Assembly (NCBI GenBank): GCA_046303115.1
Contig: JBKCGZ010000166.1
Coordinates: 6,389 to 70,388 of the forward strand
Direction: 5' to 3'
Source of the DNA: Bacteroidota bacterium
GTDB lineage: Bacteria; Bacteroidota; Bacteroidia; AKYH767-A; OLB10
Length of the DNA: 64,000 bases
Below the pieces are notes generated by a model. It ran no database searches. It was not told where the DNA came from and worked only from the letters and a program-made list of their open reading frames with translations. The stretch's first letter is position 1. Every line of letters starts with the position of its first letter. Shown piece after piece: positions 29,106 through 37,979 of this stretch. Made by a program: the position numbers and the translations under genes.

Positions 29106-30206
29106 TTACTTTTTAAGCCAATTCAGTGATGCGCGGCCAAGCTCCCCTCTTACATTCAAGGTATAATAACCAGGAGCTAAATTTTGTAATTCATCCAATT
29201 CAATTTTACCTTGATTTGCATTCTTCAATAGCGATGTGATCAAGGTGCCATTTACTGAATAAACAGCAATCTCGCATTGTCCGTTGTTTAAGTTTTCTAG
29301 CTCCATAAATACCTTATCTCCTGTTGAAGGATTAGGGAATATTTTAGCTGTTAATTCTTTCGTATTATCAGATAAACCAACCGATAAATCTCTGTAAATA
29401 TCCTTGTAGCGTACTGAAGTAACCGTTTCGTTTTGTCCATTTACATTCACATTGATCTGCAAAACAGGTATTTCCCCATTAGTAGTTAACCACTTATACT
29501 CTCTTGTTTTCGTTCTTGGAAAAGAAAAACCAAATCCGAAACTATTAATGAAAACAGAATCGCTTCCTGTTAATTCAGATACAACGCGCAATGTATTGAA
29601 TGTGCCTAAAGGAGTAATTAACGTTCCCCATCCATCTACATGATTCACTCGATGCTGCTGACCATCTGCATGTCCTTGATTAGGAATAGTGATAGAGTAA
29701 TCAGAGTCGGAAGAATCAATATTTCCATAGTTACAAGGAAAAGAATAAACAATATCTTTATTTCCATAAGGAACTGGAGTAGCAACGCCTGAAATGTTAG
29801 CGCCAAATCCTACTTGCTTATAACTACTAGTAGAATTATAATAAAAATTGTAAACATCGGTGATAGGTACCGCGCCTCCTCCAGCCGATAAATCCACACC
29901 ACGGGCTGCAATATTTGCTCTATTCGCATTGAATGAAAAATTCGCAAAATAAACTGAGTAGGTTAATCCTGTAGAAGTAACTGCTAAGAAAGTATCTATA
30001 TCCTGCCTTGATGGCACTAATGCACTATAATCCCATAGTGCATTGGCTCCGTTGGTGGTTAATGCTGTGCTTGAAGGAACTGTATTAGTTATACTTACTC
30101 TTAACGTATCACCTCCGGCAGCAAAATCACCAGTACCAATAGTAATCTGACTAAACAATTGGCTTGAAGAAAGAAGTAAAAAGAATGCAATAGCAATTTT
30201 TTTCAT
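29106..30206 (-). CDS. Secreted protein with T9SS type-A C-terminal sorting domain
   Basis: MKKIAIAFFLLLSSSQLFSQ signal. C-terminus KIFPNPSTGDKVFMELENL...YYTLNVRGELGRASLNWLKK is a Por_Secre_tail pattern. Confidence 0.65.
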   Translation of the reverse strand: MKKIAIAFFLLLSSSQLFSQITIGTGDFAAGGDTLRVSITNTVPSSTALTTNGANALWDYSALVPSRQDIDTFLAVTSTGLTYSVYFANFSFNANRANIAARGVDLSAGGGAVPITDVYNFYYNSTSSYKQVGFGANISGVATPVPYGNKDIVYSFPCNYGNIDSSDSDYSITIPNQGHADGQQHRVNHVDGWGTLITPLGTFNTLRVVSELTGSDSVFINSFGFGFSFPRTKTREYKWLTTNGEIPVLQINVNVNGQNETVTSVRYKDIYRDLSVGLSDNTKELTAKIFPNPSTGDKVFMELENLNNGQCEIAVYSVNGTLITSLLKNANQGKIELDELQNLAPGYYTLNVRGELGRASLNWLKK

Positions 30207-30283
30207 GATGTATTTTTTTTCAAATATAAAAAACAATAAAAAAGGAGGGTCGCCCATCATCTAATTTTTTTGATATTCTTGAA

Positions 30284-30751
30284 TTATAGCGACTCGATTA
30301 CTTTAGCGATAGCCTCAAAATTTGGAATATCACCAGCGCTTTCTAAAACCTCTGCATATTGAATAATACCATCTTTATCTGCTAAAAAGGCTGAACGACG
30401 AGCAGTCCCTTTCATTCCTAGTACAAAATCATCGTATTGTGATCCGAAAGAAGCACATACTGTTTTGTTATAATCTGATGCCAGGGTAAAATTAAGTCCT
30501 TGCTCCTCTTTGTACTTTGCCAAAGTAAAAAGTGTATCTGTTGAAACACCAATGACATTCACTGATGCATTTTTGTATCGAGCGATATCGTCTCGAACTG
30601 AACAAAGTTCTTTGGTACAAACTCCCGTAAATGCCGCGGGAAAAAATAAAAACAATGTTGCTTTTCCACTGATTGTTTCATTCGTGATTTCCTGTTTGTC
30701 GGAATCAAACATTTTAAATTCCGGTAATTTTGATCCTACTGTTAATTGCAT
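30284..30751 (-). CDS. Peroxiredoxin (AhpC/TSA/redoxin family); start trimmed to ATG 30751
   Basis: LFLFFPAAFTGVCTKELCSVRD is a peroxidatic Cys context (T-x-x-C). Confidence 0.75.
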   Translation of the reverse strand: MQLTVGSKLPEFKMFDSDKQEITNETISGKATLFLFFPAAFTGVCTKELCSVRDDIARYKNASVNVIGVSTDTLFTLAKYKEEQGLNFTLASDYNKTVCASFGSQYDDFVLGMKGTARRSAFLADKDGIIQYAEVLESAGDIPNFEAIAKVIESL

Positions 30752-30798
30752 TTGATTTATTTTTTTAATGATTTGGGTTAATTGTTTATTGAACAAGC

Positions 30799-31578
30799 CT
30801 ACAGGCCATTTTGTTTTGCCTGATTCCAAAACACATCCATTTCATTTAATGATAACTGATCGAAAGAAAGATTATTTTCCTTTAGTTTTTCTTCCATAAA
30901 TTGAAAGCGCCGAATAAACTTTTTATTGGTTCTTTCTAATGCTTCCTCAGGATTAATATTTTTAAATCGTGCATAGTTTACAAGCGCAAATAACAAATCG
31001 CCAAATTCATCTTCAGCTTTTTGCTGATCCCCTTTGTAAACCTCAACTTTAAATTCGTGCAACTCTTCCTCAACTTTTTCGAAAACTTGCTCGTCATTCT
31101 CCCAATCGAAACCTACTGCACGCGCTTTTTCCTGAATACGCATTGACTTTATTAATGCAGGTAATGAAATTGGCACACCTCCTAAAACCGACTTATTCCC
31201 CTCCTTTAACTTCAACTTCTCCCAGTTCTGACTCACTTCGGCCGCATCTTGAACTTTTACATCGCCATAAATATGAGGATGGCGATGAATTAACTTTTCA
31301 CAAATTCCATTTAGGACATCAGCAATATCAAAGTCGTTGGTTTCAGATGCAATTTTTGCATAAAAAACCATGTGTAGAATAATGTCTCCTAATTCTTTCT
31401 TTACTTCTTGAATATCATCTTCCATAATTGCATCCGTCAACTCATAGACCTCTTCAATGGTGAGATGACGTAATGTTTGCATCGTCTGCTTCTTGTCCCA
31501 GGGACATTGCGAACGAAGGTCATCCATAATATTTAACAACCTCTCAAACGCTGCCTTTTTATCTTCCATTGTATGCAT
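30799..31578 (-). CDS. mazG: MazG nucleoside-triphosphate pyrophosphohydrolase
   Basis: LTIEEVYELTDAIMEDD...ELGDIILHMVFYAKIA plus a second MazG repeat EFGDLLFALVNYARF. Confidence 0.85.
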   Translation of the reverse strand: MHTMEDKKAAFERLLNIMDDLRSQCPWDKKQTMQTLRHLTIEEVYELTDAIMEDDIQEVKKELGDIILHMVFYAKIASETNDFDIADVLNGICEKLIHRHPHIYGDVKVQDAAEVSQNWEKLKLKEGNKSVLGGVPISLPALIKSMRIQEKARAVGFDWENDEQVFEKVEEELHEFKVEVYKGDQQKAEDEFGDLLFALVNYARFKNINPEEALERTNKKFIRRFQFMEEKLKENNLSFDQLSLNEMDVFWNQAKQNGL

Positions 31579-31629
31579 GCGACAAAGGTAATAATTAACT
31601 GAATAGTTGTAATTTCGTTCTCTCAATCT

Positions 31630-32706
31630 ATGAAGCGGTTTTTATTAATTTCAGTTCTGGTTTTTGCTGCAATTTGCAGTAATAGTCAGTCCGTTAAGGA
31701 TTGGACCTACACCACAAAAATTGGAAACGGTTTTATTGTAGCCCATCGTCCATCTGTAGTTCATGTGCTACAAAAGCATACGCGTAGTTTTGAATTAGAC
31801 TTTACAAAGACCACTTCAAGAAAAAAAGGATGGGAAGAATTATACAATTACCCAGAGATCGGCTTGGGTTATCAATATTTTAATCTCGGAAATCCTCAGG
31901 AATTAGGAACGGCGCAAGGCCTGTTCGGCCTTGTTAAATTCAAACTTTTCAATCATAAAACAAATTATTTAAAAACACATTTAGGAATAGGTATTGGCTA
32001 CGTTTCCAAAACATTTAATATTACTGACAATTACAAAAATCTATTAGTTGGCTCCAATATTAATGCAACAATAACTTCTGGAATTGAATATCAAATTCAA
32101 ATAGGTAAAAAATCAATGTTAACAAGCGGCATTAATCTTACTCATTATAGCAATGGAGGAAGCAATGTTCCGAATATGGGTATTAACCTCGCCATGATAA
32201 ATGTGGGATTAGTTTATCACCTGAATGATATCAGTCAACCAACAAAAGACTCTTTGAGTATTGATAGAAAAAAAGCTTTTGAAGTCGTAGTTGCTGGTGG
32301 TATAAAACAAATCTATCCTCCGAATAGCCCTAAATACGGCGTAGGGATTTTAACAACTGATTACTTATGGCCAATAAAAAAGAAATCCCTTTTCACTATT
32401 GGCACAGATGCTTTTTTTGATGGGTCTCATAATACATTTCTAAAACAAGACTCACTATATACAGATGGAATAGATGGAATGATAAGAGGGGGGATTCATG
32501 TAGGATATGGATTAAAAGTAGGTAAATGCACAGGAATTCTACAAACTGGTTATTATCTATACAATCCGTATGAAATTGACGGACGTATTTATAACACTTT
32601 GTCTATCCGTTATCACTTAAACGAACATTGGTTCGCATGTTTTAATTTAAAATCGCATTATGCGCGAGCAGACTATTTTCAATATGGAATTGGCTATCAT
32701 TTATAG
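31630..32706 (+). CDS. Putative outer-membrane beta-barrel protein (acyloxyacyl-hydrolase/PagL-like family is a guess)
   Basis: 358 aa. Signal peptide, alternating amphipathic strands, C-terminal ...YGIGYHL. Confidence 0.35.
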   Translation: MKRFLLISVLVFAAICSNSQSVKDWTYTTKIGNGFIVAHRPSVVHVLQKHTRSFELDFTKTTSRKKGWEELYNYPEIGLGYQYFNLGNPQELGTAQGLFGLVKFKLFNHKTNYLKTHLGIGIGYVSKTFNITDNYKNLLVGSNINATITSGIEYQIQIGKKSMLTSGINLTHYSNGGSNVPNMGINLAMINVGLVYHLNDISQPTKDSLSIDRKKAFEVVVAGGIKQIYPPNSPKYGVGILTTDYLWPIKKKSLFTIGTDAFFDGSHNTFLKQDSLYTDGIDGMIRGGIHVGYGLKVGKCTGILQTGYYLYNPYEIDGRIYNTLSIRYHLNEHWFACFNLKSHYARADYFQYGIGYHL

Positions 32707-32722
32707 AAAACAATTTTTATTT

Positions 32723-33433
32723 ATGCTGCTTGTTATACTATCATTTACAAGCTGTGAAAAAATTTGCGACTGTGCAAAAGGGACTGGTGAAATCACTTCT
32801 GAATTTAGAACTATTTCAAGCTTTCATCAGCTGGAGCTTTATAACAATATTGATCTCGTTATTCATATTGACTCAAACCCTAAATTAAAAATCACTGCAG
32901 GAAAAAATTTAATTTCAGAAATCACAACCGACAATGATAATGGCGTATTAAGAATTCGAAATAAAAACAACTGCAACTGGGTAAGAGATTTTAATACAAG
33001 CATTGTTGTTGAAGTATGGACACCAACTTTAAACTATCTGATGGTCAAAGATGCAACTGGTGATATTTATCTCAAGGATTCCCTTTACTGCAACGGATTT
33101 TATTTTGATAGTTTTAGCAGTACAGGTCAGTTTCATTTTAAGCTTAAAGGACCAGAAGCTCATTTGAATATAAATAATGGTCCTGCTGATATTTCGGCAA
33201 TTGGCAAAGTCGACAACTTTTATTTGTATGGTGCGGGTTATGGCAGGTTAGATTGTGTAAATTTGCACTCCGATTACGTGTTCGTTACAAACAGAGGTAC
33301 AAACAACTTTTATGTAACTGCTCAACGGTTAATCGATGCAAGCATCTTCGGAACTGGAAATATTTATTATCAAGGCAATCCAACGACGATAGTTAAAAAA
33401 GAATTTGGACAAGGAAAATTAATCTCATTATAG
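32723..33433 (+). CDS. DUF2807 / head-GIN-like beta-helix lipoprotein
   Basis: MLLVILSFTSCEK lipobox. Repetitive beta-solenoid-like segments (LELYNNIDLVIHIDSNPKLKITAGKNL...). Confidence 0.45.
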   Translation: MLLVILSFTSCEKICDCAKGTGEITSEFRTISSFHQLELYNNIDLVIHIDSNPKLKITAGKNLISEITTDNDNGVLRIRNKNNCNWVRDFNTSIVVEVWTPTLNYLMVKDATGDIYLKDSLYCNGFYFDSFSSTGQFHFKLKGPEAHLNINNGPADISAIGKVDNFYLYGAGYGRLDCVNLHSDYVFVTNRGTNNFYVTAQRLIDASIFGTGNIYYQGNPTTIVKKEFGQGKLISL

Positions 33434-33437
33434 CAAA

Positions 33438-35357
33438 GTGTTAGTACTTCAAAATATTTTATTCGAATTTGGTTCTCGCGTTTTATACAGCGATTTGAAT
33501 TGGCATATTAAACCCAATGAAAAAATTGGACTTATCGGAGCAAACGGAACAGGTAAATCTACCCTATTACGTGTTATCAGTGGTGAATATAGTCCATCAG
33601 GTGGAACCATCTCGAAAAGAAATGATTTAGTATTAGGGTTCTTGAACCAAGATTTATTAAGCTACTTATCTGAAAAGTCGATTTTAGATGTTGCCATGGA
33701 AGCTTTTGAAAGAGCTAATGAATTACATCTAGAAATTGAAGAATGCTTAAAAGAATTAGAGCATGATTGCTCTGACTCCATACTTGATAGATTACACAAA
33801 GCACAAGTTGAATATGAAAATCTAGATGGTTATTCATTACAACATAAAGCTGAATCAATTTTAGAAGGATTAGGTTTTACTACTGCTGATTTATCCAGAC
33901 CATTAAAAGAATTTTCTGGTGGATGGAGAATGCGAGTTATGCTTGCAAAAACATTACTTCGCAAGCCTAATTTATTGTTGCTCGATGAGCCTACGAATCA
34001 CCTTGACTTACCATCGATTCAGTGGCTGGAAGAATATTTAAAGCAATATGAAGGAACAGTAGTTATCGTATCCCACGACCGTTATTTCCTTGATAAAATC
34101 GTGAATAGAATTGTAGAGATTGAACATCAAAAAATAACAATTTATACAGGCAACTACAGTTACTACCTTGAAGAAAAAGCTGAGCGACAAGAGCTACAAG
34201 CAAATCAGTTTAGAAATCAGGAAAAATACATCAAAGAACAAGAGCGATTTATTGAACGATTTAAAGCTAAAGCATCAAAAGCGAGTGCGGCTCAGTCAAG
34301 AATGAAAGCGCTTGAAAAACTCGAAAGAGTTGAAGCTGTTGAAGGTCCTTCTGCTGCAATTAGAGTGCGATTTGCAGTTGATAAAAACCCTGGAAGAGTT
34401 CTACAAAAATTGGAAATTGAAGACAAGCGTTATGGTAACCAAGTAATTTTTCATCACGCGCATGCAGAAGTATCAAGAGGAGATAAAATCGCATTTGTTG
34501 GAGCTAATGGAAAAGGAAAATCTACCTTACTCCGAATGTTATTTGGCTCCGAAAAATTTGAAGGGAAAGCAGAACCAGGTTACAATGTAGTTACTTCTTT
34601 CTATGCTCAGCATCAGTTAGAGTCACTTAACAAAGAAAGTTCAGCGTTAGAAGAGTTACAAATTTTCGCACCCGAAGAGTCGGATACTTACTTGAGATCT
34701 TTATTAGGTGCCTTCTTGTTGAAGGGCGATGATGTTTTTAAGAAAATCAAAGTTTTATCAGGAGGTGAACGTGCACGCGTTGCCTTAGCAAAAACAATTC
34801 TTGCAAAAGCAAATTTCTTATTACTTGATGAGCCTACCAATCACCTTGACATGCAAAGTGTGAATGTATTGGTGGATGTCCTTAACCGTTATGAAGGCTC
34901 TTATGTGGTAGTATCCCACGACCGTTATTTCTTATCTCGTATCGCTAATAAAATCTGGTATATCGAAGATCATTTATTGAAAGAGTATCCAGGGACTTAT
35001 GAGGAATTCGACCAATACATCGAATTGAAAAAGTCCAAAGAAAAAGAAAACGAAAAGTCTAAAAATGCTTCATCAAAGTTAGAGAAGAAAGAAGTTAAAG
35101 TTGAGCAGCCTACTAACGCATCCAACAAGAAGGAAAAGCAAAAACTCGAGCAAAAAGCTAAAAAAATTGAAGAGCAAATCAATTCATTGAAGCAAAAAGT
35201 AGAAGAACTAAATTTTAAAATGAGTCAACCAGATGTTTTAAAAAATGTAAATTCAATTAAAGAATTACAAGGAAAAACAGGCGAGGTTGAAAGTGAAATT
35301 AAATCATTAACGGCTGAATGGGAATCTATCTACGAGCAATTACTTTCAGAAGATTAA
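33438..35357 (+). CDS. ABC-F family ATPase (tandem ABC domains, no TM; EttA/Uup/YbiT-like); GTG start
   Basis: 639 aa. Walker A twice (GANGTGKST, GANGKGKST). Signatures LSGGWRMR and LSGGERAR. C-terminal coiled-coil K/E-rich tail. Confidence 0.88.
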   Translation: MLVLQNILFEFGSRVLYSDLNWHIKPNEKIGLIGANGTGKSTLLRVISGEYSPSGGTISKRNDLVLGFLNQDLLSYLSEKSILDVAMEAFERANELHLEIEECLKELEHDCSDSILDRLHKAQVEYENLDGYSLQHKAESILEGLGFTTADLSRPLKEFSGGWRMRVMLAKTLLRKPNLLLLDEPTNHLDLPSIQWLEEYLKQYEGTVVIVSHDRYFLDKIVNRIVEIEHQKITIYTGNYSYYLEEKAERQELQANQFRNQEKYIKEQERFIERFKAKASKASAAQSRMKALEKLERVEAVEGPSAAIRVRFAVDKNPGRVLQKLEIEDKRYGNQVIFHHAHAEVSRGDKIAFVGANGKGKSTLLRMLFGSEKFEGKAEPGYNVVTSFYAQHQLESLNKESSALEELQIFAPEESDTYLRSLLGAFLLKGDDVFKKIKVLSGGERARVALAKTILAKANFLLLDEPTNHLDMQSVNVLVDVLNRYEGSYVVVSHDRYFLSRIANKIWYIEDHLLKEYPGTYEEFDQYIELKKSKEKENEKSKNASSKLEKKEVKVEQPTNASNKKEKQKLEQKAKKIEEQINSLKQKVEELNFKMSQPDVLKNVNSIKELQGKTGEVESEIKSLTAEWESIYEQLLSED

Positions 35358-36625
35358 TTATAGCTCTATCTTTAGCACTCCTCTTTTGCAGTCAATTGTT
35401 CGCACAAGTGGTGACATCCGATTCATTATTGTTCGAGAATAAAATATTCGACGAGTCATTTAAGACAATTATCTTTTCTAAACTAAATAATAATTTAAGT
35501 GAACCTGTTTTGGCGTTAAACTCGAATGAAAAGTTAAAGCTACAGTTTGATGACCTAAGCGAAGAAACAAAAGATTTGAGTTTTACATTTATCCATTATG
35601 ATCGAGATGGAAAGAAAAGTAATCTTACAGAAAGCGACTACATAAATGGGTTTAACTTTGATCATATTCTTAATTATAAAAATTCATTCAATACCATTCA
35701 GAATTTTTACCATTATGAAATAATCATTCCGAATGAGAATATACAGCCGATTATTTCAGGAAATTATCTTTTGGTTGTTTATGATAATTCAAATCCGGAA
35801 AAAGTATACTTAACCCAACGTTTCTGGATTACCGAAAACACAGCCACGCTTAGTACGAAAGTACAAAGAGCCAACGACATTGAAATCAGAAACACCCATC
35901 AGGAAATAGATGTAAAAGTAAATATAGGCACTACCAAAATCAATAATCCCTACGAAGATAGCAAGCTTGTAATTGTTCAAAATAACAATTTCAAAAATGC
36001 TATAACTACATTAAAACCTGTTTTTATTGTAGATAAAGAATGGGACTACAACTACGACTTAGAAAACACATTTGAAGGTGGAAACGAATTCAGAAATTTT
36101 GATGTTCGAAGTATTAAATTTTTAACGCAATATATTGACCATGTACAAATAGACTCGCTTAATAAATTAACCAGTGTTTATTTGAAAAGAGAAGAGAAAA
36201 AGAATACGCAACGTTATGCAGTTTCAGACGATATCAATGGTCGTTTTTTAATTAAAATTTATGAAGGAAGTGATGACGCCCTAGAAGCTGATTATGTTTA
36301 CGTCAACTTTAATTTGCCTGTAATGGAAGCCTTCGATAGTGCTGAGGTGTTTTTATTTGGTGAGCTCTCTAACTGGGAATTCAATCCCGCTTACTCCATG
36401 AGTTACAACGAAGAAAATGGCTGTTATGATAAAACACTATTAGTTAAACAAGGCTATTATAACTACTTATACTTTGTGAAGGAGAAATCTTCTAATTTCC
36501 CTTCACCACTATTGGTTGAAGGCTCTCACTTCGAAACCAGAAACAACTATCAATTTTTCTTTTATTCGAGAGACATTGGAAGTCGCTATGATCGACTTTC
36601 AGGATACTTGGAATTGGAGAATTAA
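35318..36625 (+). CDS. Hypothetical secreted protein (possibly DUF5103/T9SS-plug-like; not verifiable here)
   Basis: 435 aa. Signal peptide RRLIIALSLALLFCSQLFAQ. Overlaps the ABC-F 3' end by 40 nt. Confidence 0.4.
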   Translation: MGIYLRAITFRRLIIALSLALLFCSQLFAQVVTSDSLLFENKIFDESFKTIIFSKLNNNLSEPVLALNSNEKLKLQFDDLSEETKDLSFTFIHYDRDGKKSNLTESDYINGFNFDHILNYKNSFNTIQNFYHYEIIIPNENIQPIISGNYLLVVYDNSNPEKVYLTQRFWITENTATLSTKVQRANDIEIRNTHQEIDVKVNIGTTKINNPYEDSKLVIVQNNNFKNAITTLKPVFIVDKEWDYNYDLENTFEGGNEFRNFDVRSIKFLTQYIDHVQIDSLNKLTSVYLKREEKKNTQRYAVSDDINGRFLIKIYEGSDDALEADYVYVNFNLPVMEAFDSAEVFLFGELSNWEFNPAYSMSYNEENGCYDKTLLVKQGYYNYLYFVKEKSSNFPSPLLVEGSHFETRNNYQFFFYSRDIGSRYDRLSGYLELEN

Positions 36626-36741
36626 TTTTTCACCCATCATAAAGGTCATTAACCTCTCATTTAATGCGCTTTGTCAAATTTTGACATGAGTAATTAATTT
36701 CCGCTATATTTTTGGGTAACCTAAAAAGCCATTCACCTACC

Positions 36742-37134
36742 ATGAATATATTTACAGAAGTAACAGCGGGGATAAAAGTAAGTGTAGAAACGTTTTACCA
36801 GCCAACACATAGTACTCCAGGATTCAGTCAATATGTTTTTGCTTATCGTATAACAATTACTAACGACAGCGACTACATTGTTCAACTAAAAAAGCGACAT
36901 TGGCATATTATCGGATCAGATAATTCTCATAGAGAAGTTGAGGGTGACGGAGTTGTTGGAGAGCAACCCTTTATTGCTCCAGGCGAGACCTACCGATATG
37001 TCTCGGGTTGTAATCTGAATACAGAAATAGGAAAAATGTACGGAACCTATCTTATGGAAAGAGTCACTGACAACAAACTCTTTTTTGTAAAAATTCCAGA
37101 ATTTAAAATGGTTGTTCCATCGCGATTAAACTGA
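36742..37134 (+). CDS. apaG: ApaG (DUF525) protein
   Basis: 130 aa from ATG 36742. YVFAYRITITNDSDYIVQLKKRHWHIIGSDNSHREVEGDGVVGEQPFIAPGETYRYVSG. Confidence 0.85.
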   Translation: MNIFTEVTAGIKVSVETFYQPTHSTPGFSQYVFAYRITITNDSDYIVQLKKRHWHIIGSDNSHREVEGDGVVGEQPFIAPGETYRYVSGCNLNTEIGKMYGTYLMERVTDNKLFFVKIPEFKMVVPSRLN

Positions 37135-37156
37135 CGCTCAACGAGCAGTTAACCAA

Positions 37157-37190
37157 GACCCCTGAAGCTCATCTCAGGGGTTAATTTTTT
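37157..37190 (+). terminator. Rho-independent terminator after apaG; overlaps the trmH stop
   Basis: acccctga-agctcatc-tcaggggt followed by taatttttt. Confidence 0.6.
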
Positions 37191-37936
37191 CTGCAATATT
37201 CGCTGCAGACAATACCCGCTGCAACAGCAACGTTTAACGACTCTGCTTTGCTCGGCTTATTGGAAGGCCGGGGAATATGAATTCCTTTAGTTATGAATGA
37301 ATTTAGTATTGGATTTACCCCACGACTTTCATTACCTAAAATCACAAAACTAGATTCGGCAAAACCAGTATTATAAATTTCCTCGCCAGTTAATAGAGTG
37401 GCATAAACAGGCCATTTATTTCCATTAGCATTTTTCAATAAAACATCTGCTAATGAGGAGTAATGAACTTTAACATTAAAAACGCTACCCATTGAAGCTT
37501 GAATTACTTTTGGGTTAAATACATCGGCCGTATCAGAAGAACAAATCACAGAGGATACCCCAAACCAATCTGCAATGCGAATAATAGTCCCAAGATTGCC
37601 AGGATCTTGAATCTGATCTAAAAGCAAGTGTAATCCATTAGAAAGAGTATTTACTGGACCTTCCAATATTGGCAACTCTACAACGGCCATCACCTTATTA
37701 GGGGTTTGAAGTCCACTCACCCGCTCCATCTCTGCATCTGATAATATTTCTATAGGTAATGATGTATTCTGATCAGGTGTCCAATTACTGGTTGCATATA
37801 GCTGCTTGACTTTGAAATCCGACTTTAAAACCTCGGAAACCATTTTAGGCCCTTCCACTATAAACAATCCTTCCTCATTTCTGAATTTCTTTTGTTGAAG
37901 AGAACGTAAAAAACTTATGGTTGATTTAGAAGCCAT
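37181..37936 (-). CDS. TrmH/SpoU-family RNA 2'-O-methyltransferase
   Basis: LLLDQIQDPGNLGTIIRIADWFGVSSVI...VILGNESRGV. Confidence 0.85.
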   Translation of the reverse strand: MASKSTISFLRSLQQKKFRNEEGLFIVEGPKMVSEVLKSDFKVKQLYATSNWTPDQNTSLPIEILSDAEMERVSGLQTPNKVMAVVELPILEGPVNTLSNGLHLLLDQIQDPGNLGTIIRIADWFGVSSVICSSDTADVFNPKVIQASMGSVFNVKVHYSSLADVLLKNANGNKWPVYATLLTGEEIYNTGFAESSFVILGNESRGVNPILNSFITKGIHIPRPSNKPSKAESLNVAVAAGIVCSEYCRKN

Positions 37937-37979
37937 TGAAATTTAATATTCGTTTAATATTGTATTTTTACAGCTGAAA

